Positions 34,324 to 39,935 of a DNA stretch of 39,935 nucleotides are shown in pieces. The notes below the pieces were generated by a model, which was not told the DNA's origin, ran no database searches, and saw nothing but the letters and a program-made list of their open reading frames with translations. The first letter of the stretch is position 1. Every line of letters begins with the position of its first letter. Position numbers and translations under genes: made by a program. Source of the stretch: Minisyncoccia bacterium (GTDB lineage: Bacteria; Patescibacteriota; Minisyncoccia; Phycocordibacterales; XYD1-FULL-46-19); the NCBI GenBank assembly GCA_041601795.1, contig JBFIHK010000003.1:1-39935 (forward strand), read 5' to 3'.

Positions 34324-35589
34324 ATGATAGATTTAAAAGGTTTAAATTCGGCTCTAGATCAACTAGAAGAAGAGCGTCATATCCCCCGAGAAAAAATAAT
34401 GGAGGCTATAAATGACTCTTTGGTTGCTGCCTACAAAAAAGACTATGGTAAAAAAGGCCAGATTATTCGAGGTGATTTTGATTTAAATACCGGCAATACT
34501 AGTTTTTACCAAGTAAAAATCGCTGTTGACGACTCAGTAGTCAAGAAACCGACTGATATAGACTTAGAAAATGAGGAAGAAAAAGAAATTGAGGACGAAA
34601 ATGATGCCGACGACAGACCAAGATTTAACGAAGAACACCATATTTGGCTAGAAGATGCCCGAAAAATTAAAAAAGATATCCAATTAGAAGAAGAATTGAT
34701 TTTTCCCCTAGAAACCAAAGAAGATTATGGCCGAATTGCAGCCCAAACCGCTAAACAAGTGATTATTCAACGGATTAGAGAAGCAGAAAAAGTGTCTATT
34801 TTAGATGAATATGAGGAAAAAGAAGGCGATATTATCACCGGTAAGGTTCAAAAAATAGAACGAGGTAATGTTTTTATAGATTTAGGTCGCACAACTGCTC
34901 TTTTACCCTATGAAGAACAAATTCCAGGTGAATTTTACCGTCAGGGCGAAAGAATTAGAGCTTACCTCTATCAAGTTGAGGAAACTCCTAGGGGAATTAT
35001 GCTTAAAGTTTCTCGTTCACACCCTCGTTTTGTAGAGCGTTTGTTTGAAATAGAGGCTCCAGAAATAGCCGCTGGCACTGTTTTAATTAAAGCTATCGCC
35101 AGAGAAGCTGGTTCTCGAACAAAAATCGCCGTTGACACCATTGATGACAGCATTGACCCGGTAGGCTCTTTGGTCGGCCAAAGGGGTACTAGGGTTAACA
35201 CTGTTATTTCAGAATTGGGTGGAGAAAAAATAGATATTATAGAATGGGAAGATAATCCAAGTTTATTTATTTCCAACGCCCTCTCCCCGGCTAAAATTAC
35301 CAATGTTAACTTGAATGAAGATGAGCACCAAGCTAGTATTGAAGTAGCAGACGATCAGTTCTCACTAGCCGTTGGTAAAGGAGGACAAAATGTTCGCCTA
35401 GCAGCCAAACTATCTGGCTGGAAAATAGATATCATCGCCCCAGAAAACTTAACTCAAAAAGAAACCGAGACTTCAAAAAATATTGACAGTGAAGAAAAAA
35501 ATACACCTTCAGAAGATACTGAAATAGTAAAAACTCCTCAAGATGAAGACTTAGACGAAAAAGAAGAAGCCACAGACACTACAGAGTAA
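34324..35589 (+). CDS. nusA: Transcription termination/antitermination factor NusA
   Basis: GRIAAQTAKQVIIQ, AREAGSRTKIAV, GEKIDII, SLAVGKGGQNVRLAAKL; acidic tail. Confidence 0.98.
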   Translation: MIDLKGLNSALDQLEEERHIPREKIMEAINDSLVAAYKKDYGKKGQIIRGDFDLNTGNTSFYQVKIAVDDSVVKKPTDIDLENEEEKEIEDENDADDRPRFNEEHHIWLEDARKIKKDIQLEEELIFPLETKEDYGRIAAQTAKQVIIQRIREAEKVSILDEYEEKEGDIITGKVQKIERGNVFIDLGRTTALLPYEEQIPGEFYRQGERIRAYLYQVEETPRGIMLKVSRSHPRFVERLFEIEAPEIAAGTVLIKAIAREAGSRTKIAVDTIDDSIDPVGSLVGQRGTRVNTVISELGGEKIDIIEWEDNPSLFISNALSPAKITNVNLNEDEHQASIEVADDQFSLAVGKGGQNVRLAAKLSGWKIDIIAPENLTQKETETSKNIDSEEKNTPSEDTEIVKTPQDEDLDEKEEATDTTE

Positions 35590-35619
35590 AAATCACATTA
35601 AAAAATAACTTATAATTTT

Positions 35620-36144
35620 ATGAATTTATGGCATGACATTCCTAGTGGAAACTCAAATGAACTCAACGTTATAGTTGAAATCCCAAAACTGTCTAGGATT
35701 AAATATGAATTAGATAAAGAAACTGGTTTAATTATGGTGGATAGAGTTTTGTACTCCCCTATGCATTACCCAGCCAATTATGGTTTTGTTCCCCAAAGTT
35801 TATGGGAAGACGGTGACCCGCTCGATGTTTTAGTTATGAGCCATGAACCTTTTAATCCTGGATGTTTAGTCAAAGCTAGAGCTATTGGAGTAATGGAAAT
35901 GACAGACGACGGTGATTCAGATGCTAAAGTTTTAGCTGTGCCAGTATCTGACCCTAGATACAAAAATATTCAAGATATAAAAGATATAGACGAACACACT
36001 TTAGAAGAAATTAAACATTTCTTTAAAGTTTACAAAGACTTGCAAAAAAAAGAAGTTATAGTTGCCCACTGGCGAGATAAAGATGAGGCTAAAAAAGATA
36101 TAGACCATTCTTTTGATTTATACCGTCAAAAATACTCCAAATAA
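35620..36144 (+). CDS. ppa: Inorganic pyrophosphatase (family I)
   Basis: EIPK..RIKYE, DRVL, YPANYGF, DGDPLDV, D.GDSDAK, FFKVYK. Confidence 0.97.
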   Translation: MNLWHDIPSGNSNELNVIVEIPKLSRIKYELDKETGLIMVDRVLYSPMHYPANYGFVPQSLWEDGDPLDVLVMSHEPFNPGCLVKARAIGVMEMTDDGDSDAKVLAVPVSDPRYKNIQDIKDIDEHTLEEIKHFFKVYKDLQKKEVIVAHWRDKDEAKKDIDHSFDLYRQKYSK

Positions 36145-36155
36145 CATATACCCCT

Positions 36156-36184
36156 TAGACAAATATCTGTGGTATACTTATAAT
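36156..36184 (+). promoter_or_regulatory. Sigma70 promoter, probably yielding a leaderless mRNA
   Basis: TAGACA-17 nt-TATAAT-7 nt-ATG. Confidence 0.7.
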
Positions 36185-36191
36185 TAAATCT

Positions 36192-36953
36192 ATGTTGAAT
36201 AATAAAAATATTAAATCTAATCTACTTTTTACTTCTGTTGTCATAGGAGGCCTATTTTTAGTTTCTCCTACTGTTCTTTTAGCGCAAGAAGTAGCCACCT
36301 CAACAAGTGGTACGCCTGAAAATAAAACTTGCTCTGGTTATACTTACTCTAGAATTACTAATTCTTGTTCTCTAGTAGAAGCAATAAATTGTGACACCGA
36401 TAATATATTTTCTACTACTAAAGAAATGTGTGAATTAGAAAACAATATCACCAACCCTAGAGAAGAAAGATCTGGTGGTACCATTTTAGACAAAGTAAAA
36501 GCCGACAGAAAAACTTTCATAAAAGACCGTTTATATGAAGATGATTCTAGCAATCAAATTACCACAGACAATATTAATATTTTATCAAGTCAAATAATAG
36601 AAGCCCAAAAACAAATATTATTGTTTGAAATAAATAACACTATCATCAAAACTAGGAGTTATATCCCCTATTTTGAAAATATTATCTATCGCTTGGAACA
36701 AAATTTAGCTTCTTCTACTCATGTAAATAATGAAGATATAAATAAGCTTTTATTGGAAGCAAAAACAAAAATAGACTTAGCTAGCTCTACTATAAACAAA
36801 GCTGAGAATAACTCCGACGACTTACTGACAACCTCTGACATCAGTAAAACGATTAGTAATATTAAAACTCAAATCATAGATACCATCTCTATTTTAAAAG
36901 AAGTACGAGAAGCACTAAAACAAGTTATTAGTATTACCAAAAATATTCTTTAA
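36192..36953 (+). CDS. Secreted hypothetical protein: 4-Cys module plus long helical/coiled-coil C-terminus
   Basis: Signal peptide (LLA|QE), Cys at 47/59/67/80, heptad-like C-terminal half. Confidence 0.75.
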   Translation: MLNNKNIKSNLLFTSVVIGGLFLVSPTVLLAQEVATSTSGTPENKTCSGYTYSRITNSCSLVEAINCDTDNIFSTTKEMCELENNITNPREERSGGTILDKVKADRKTFIKDRLYEDDSSNQITTDNINILSSQIIEAQKQILLFEINNTIIKTRSYIPYFENIIYRLEQNLASSTHVNNEDINKLLLEAKTKIDLASSTINKAENNSDDLLTTSDISKTISNIKTQIIDTISILKEVREALKQVISITKNIL

Positions 36954-37270
36954 TGAAACCTAACCCTCTTTTACACCCCTCAAGTAACTCAGGTTCTGGA
37001 CCTGTTTTTGGTATCGTCATAATTATTATAGTGCTAATTTCGGGTGCTATATTTGTTTTTTCTAAACAATGGCAAGAAAGCAAAAAGTGGCAAGAAAATA
37101 TACCTACCGACAATACTTCCAGCTTTAAAACTACAAACACCACCGATATCACTCCCAGTGGAGACTTTAACTCATCTATTAGCTTAGAAGATATAGAAAA
37201 CGATTTAAATGAGGCTGATTTTGACAGCTTTGAAGAAATAGTCAAAGAAATTGACACGGATATTAATTAA
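36953..37270 (+). CDS. Single-pass membrane hypothetical protein with acidic C-terminus
   Basis: TAATG coupling to the upstream gene; GPVFGIVIIIIVLISGAIFVF TM; IENDL-type acidic helix. Confidence 0.75.
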   Translation: MKPNPLLHPSSNSGSGPVFGIVIIIIVLISGAIFVFSKQWQESKKWQENIPTDNTSSFKTTNTTDITPSGDFNSSISLEDIENDLNEADFDSFEEIVKEIDTDIN

Positions 37271-37303
37271 TGTAAAGTAAACAAGGCTGGTCTAGAAGTT
37301 CCC

Positions 37304-37334
37304 TGAAGCGTTTAAGCGCTTCATCTTTGTTTTT
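37304..37334 (+). terminator. Intrinsic terminator-like hairpin upstream of tig
   Basis: tgaagcg-tttaag-cgcttca-tctttgttttt. Confidence 0.6.
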
Positions 37335-37413
37335 ACATTCCAAGTCCAACTAACATCCATTTTTAAACTCTATTTAACAATAAATAACCATTAACATTTA
37401 ATATAAATTAACC

Positions 37414-38469
37414 ATGAAAGTAGATATAAAAAAATTACCCCAAAGTGAACTTGAAATTGAAGTTTCTGTTCCCACTGAAGCTTTTATGACAAGTTGGTCA
37501 CAAGCCCTAAAAACTTTAAGTCAAAAAACAAAAATAGATGGTTTTAGGCCTGGCATGGCTCCTGAGAAAGTTTTAATAGACAAAGTAGGAGAAGACAATA
37601 TTTTAATAGAAATGGCCGACACTACTATTAAAAAAGTTTACCCCGAAGTTATCAAAGATAAAAAAATTGATGCCATTGGAGCCCCTGAAGTTGTTTTAAC
37701 AAAATTAGCTAAAAATAACCCTCTAGAATTTAAAATTAAAACTGCAGTTATGCCAGAAGTAAAACTTCCTGATTATAAAAAAATAGCAGAAGCTACAGAT
37801 AAAAAACACCCCCTAGATACAGAGGTAACCAAAGAAGAGGTAGAAAAAGTGATCACTGAAATATTAACTCAAAAGCAAAAAGCAAGTAGCGATAAAAACC
37901 CTGCAGATGAAACCACCCCCCTACCAGAGTTAACAGACGAAATGGTTAAAACTTTCGGTCCCTTTGAATCTGTAGCTGACTTTAAAACCAAAATTAAAAC
38001 CAACATCCAAGCCGAGAAAGAACACAAGGCCAGAGAAAAAAAGCGTTTAGCTATAGTTGAAGCTATTGGAGAAGCCGCTAAATTTGAACTACCGCCAGTT
38101 TTAATAGAACACGAAACAAGTAAAATGTTGGGCGAAATGAAACATCAAATAGAACAAATGGGTATGAAATTTGATGATTATTTAACCCATTTAAAGAAAA
38201 CAGAAGTGGAGCTTAAAGAAGCTTGGCAAGGCGAAGCTAAAAAAAGAGTTGTTTTTGGTTTAGTAGTTCACACTTTAGCTGAAGCAGAAAAAATAAAACC
38301 TAGCTCAGAAGAAGTAACTAAATATGCCGAGATGTTAAAAAGCCAAATGGGCAAAGAAGCCGAAAAAGTAGATGAGGCTAGACTTCAGTCCTATGTGGTT
38401 AATGTTTTAACTAATGAAAAAGTGATGGATTTATTAGACCCTAAACCAACCCCTAAGGTTAAAGATTAA
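37414..38469 (+). CDS. tig: Trigger factor lacking the FKBP PPIase domain
   Basis: IDGFRPGMAP ribosome-binding signature, PEVKLPDY, LPELTDE, LP..LIE.E; only 351 aa; directly upstream of clpP. Confidence 0.92.
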   Translation: MKVDIKKLPQSELEIEVSVPTEAFMTSWSQALKTLSQKTKIDGFRPGMAPEKVLIDKVGEDNILIEMADTTIKKVYPEVIKDKKIDAIGAPEVVLTKLAKNNPLEFKIKTAVMPEVKLPDYKKIAEATDKKHPLDTEVTKEEVEKVITEILTQKQKASSDKNPADETTPLPELTDEMVKTFGPFESVADFKTKIKTNIQAEKEHKAREKKRLAIVEAIGEAAKFELPPVLIEHETSKMLGEMKHQIEQMGMKFDDYLTHLKKTEVELKEAWQGEAKKRVVFGLVVHTLAEAEKIKPSSEEVTKYAEMLKSQMGKEAEKVDEARLQSYVVNVLTNEKVMDLLDPKPTPKVKD

Positions 38470-38526
38470 TTGCTCTTAAATTAAAAATTGTCTATACTCG
38501 CTTTAAATAATTAATTTTTAAAAAAT

Positions 38527-39114
38527 ATGCTTATACCAACAGTTATTGAAAAATCAACCTACGGCGAAAGAGCCTATGATATTTATTCTCGCCTTTTAAA
38601 AGAAAGAATAATTTTTCTAGGTGGCCCTATAGATGACCAAGTAGCCAATATTGTCATTGCCCAACTTTTATTTTTAGAGTCTGAAGATCCTAAAAAAGAT
38701 ATTAAACTTTATGTTAATTCACCTGGTGGTTCTGTTACCTCTACTCTAGCTATGATCGATACCATGGACCATATTGCTCCTGATGTATCGACTATTTGTG
38801 TTGGCATTGCGGCCTCCGGTGGCGCTCTTATTCTAGGTGCTGGCACCAAAGGTAAGCGCCTAGCCCTACCTAACTCCGAAATTATGATTCATCAACCACT
38901 AGGAGGCACCGAGGGTCAAGCTTCTGATATTGAGATTACAGCTCGTCATATTCTAAAAACTAAAGATAACTTAAATAAAATGTTAGCGAGCTTTACTAGT
39001 CAACCTCTAAAACAAATAGAAAAAGATGTCGACCGCGACTTTTATATGTCGGCCGATGAAGCCAAAAAGTACGGTATTATAGACCAAGTGGTCAAGCCAA
39101 AAAGTAAAAAATAA
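38527..39114 (+). CDS. clpP: ATP-dependent Clp protease proteolytic subunit
   Basis: [42 protein letters not shown]. Confidence 0.98.
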   Translation: MLIPTVIEKSTYGERAYDIYSRLLKERIIFLGGPIDDQVANIVIAQLLFLESEDPKKDIKLYVNSPGGSVTSTLAMIDTMDHIAPDVSTICVGIAASGGALILGAGTKGKRLALPNSEIMIHQPLGGTEGQASDIEITARHILKTKDNLNKMLASFTSQPLKQIEKDVDRDFYMSADEAKKYGIIDQVVKPKSKK

Positions 39115-39148
39115 CAAAAAAGCGAGGATAACCTCGCTTTTTTGTTAT
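39111..39148 (+). terminator. Terminator after clpP
   Basis: ataacaaaaaagcgagg-ataa-cctcgcttttttgttat. Confidence 0.88.
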
Positions 39149-39170
39149 TTATTTAGAATTAAACTAATAT

Positions 39171-39199
39171 TAGACATCAGACCATATATCTGCTAAGAT
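39171..39199 (+). promoter_or_regulatory. Probable rny promoter
   Basis: TAGACA-17 nt (ending TGc)-TAAGAT. Confidence 0.65.
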
Positions 39200-39378
39200 T
39201 CAAGTATTCAATTTATTAATTAAATAAGAATTGCCTAACTTGAATTTTTGCTGTCACGAGGACGAATAACCAACTTTAATTTGAAACACTACCTTTATTC
39301 TTACAATTTAAATCAGCTTTCGCCCGTTTTTATTGACTCTAAGTAAAAAATCAGGTCGGGTAAATTTACAAACGACCT

Positions 39379-39935
39379 ATGACACTTGCAACTGTAATTA
39401 TACTAGCCGGTACTACCGGTTTAGGAGGAATTGTTGTTGGCTACTTCTTGCGCTGGCTGGTTACCTTGGGCCAAAAAGGTTCCATGGAGCTAAAAGTTAA
39501 GCAATCACTTTTAGAAGCCAAAGATAAAGCTCAACAAATTACTGCCGATGCTGAAAAAGAAGCTTCTAAAATAATATTAGAAGCCAAAACAGCTGAAAAA
39601 GAAAAAGAAGCTAGTCTAAAAAAACTAGAAGACAGACTTCTTAAAAAAGATGAACTATTAGACAAAAGACAATTAGACATAGACACTGAAACGGAAAGTC
39701 TAAAAAACAAGCACGAAGACATAAAAGCTTTAGAGGCTAAAATAAGCTCCAAAGCAGAAGAAGCCGAGAAAGAATTGGCTCGTATTTCTAATCTATCTAA
39801 AGAAGAAGCTTTAGTGGAGTTAATTAAAAAAATAGAAGCTGAATATGAGGAAGATCTTTTAGTTAGAATGAGAAAACTGGAAGTCTTTGGCGATCAAAAA
39901 ATAGAAGAAAAGTCTAAAGATATTTTAGCCACCAC
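39379..39935 (+). CDS. rny: Ribonuclease Y, N-terminal part (runs off window end)
   Basis: Manual translation MTLATVIILAGTTGLGGIVVGYFLRW... TM anchor, long coiled coil, EDRLLKKDELLD, ELARISNLSKEEA, then KDILAT. KH/HD domains are not visible. Not in the ORF track. Confidence 0.85.
   Translation, partial: MTLATVIILAGTTGLGGIVVGYFLRWLVTLGQKGSMELKVKQSLLEAKDKAQQITADAEKEASKIILEAKTAEKEKEASLKKLEDRLLKKDELLDKRQLDIDTETESLKNKHEDIKALEAKISSKAEEAEKELARISNLSKEEALVELIKKIEAEYEEDLLVRMRKLEVFGDQKIEEKSKDILAT

Noticed and set aside
33704-39752. Antisense ORFs at 33704, 34506, 34971, 35778, 36344, 36934 and 39531
   Set aside because: Shadows of the repeat protein, nusA, ppa, the two hypotheticals and rny.

Overview
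AT-rich chromosomal window from a Patescibacteria/CPR bacterium, most likely Parcubacteria (inferred from no rpmD between rpsE and rplO, split ComEC, PPIase-less trigger factor, SD-poor genes, and TGA read as stop). The left half is the minus-strand str/S10/spc ribosomal cluster (rpsL to secY-adk-map-ndk), cut into several transcription units by internal terminators and promoters. The right half holds housekeeping genes (rpmB, comEC halves, RNase H, recJ, HIT, pgk, tpiA, nusA, ppa, tig, clpP, partial rny) and a 1076-aa fibre/adhesin-like protein. Elements the ORF track does not explain: (1) a compact ~130-nt 6S-like RNA with its own promoter and terminator at 2191-2320 (-); (2) a DUF6915-like gene inserted backwards into the spc operon; (3) two unannotated SD-led membrane microproteins between recJ and rnhA; (4) a shared promoter + boxA-like GATCTTTT + SD + terminator architecture on stand-alone accessory cassettes, set against a host background of apparently leaderless mRNAs; (5) long structured 5' leaders on tuf, rpsS, rlpA, nusA, tig and rny; (6) a Kunitz-like Cys module in a secreted protein. 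No rRNA, tRNA, CRISPR array, integrase or transposase was seen. All family assignments are by eye from recalled motifs; no database searches or folding programs were run.
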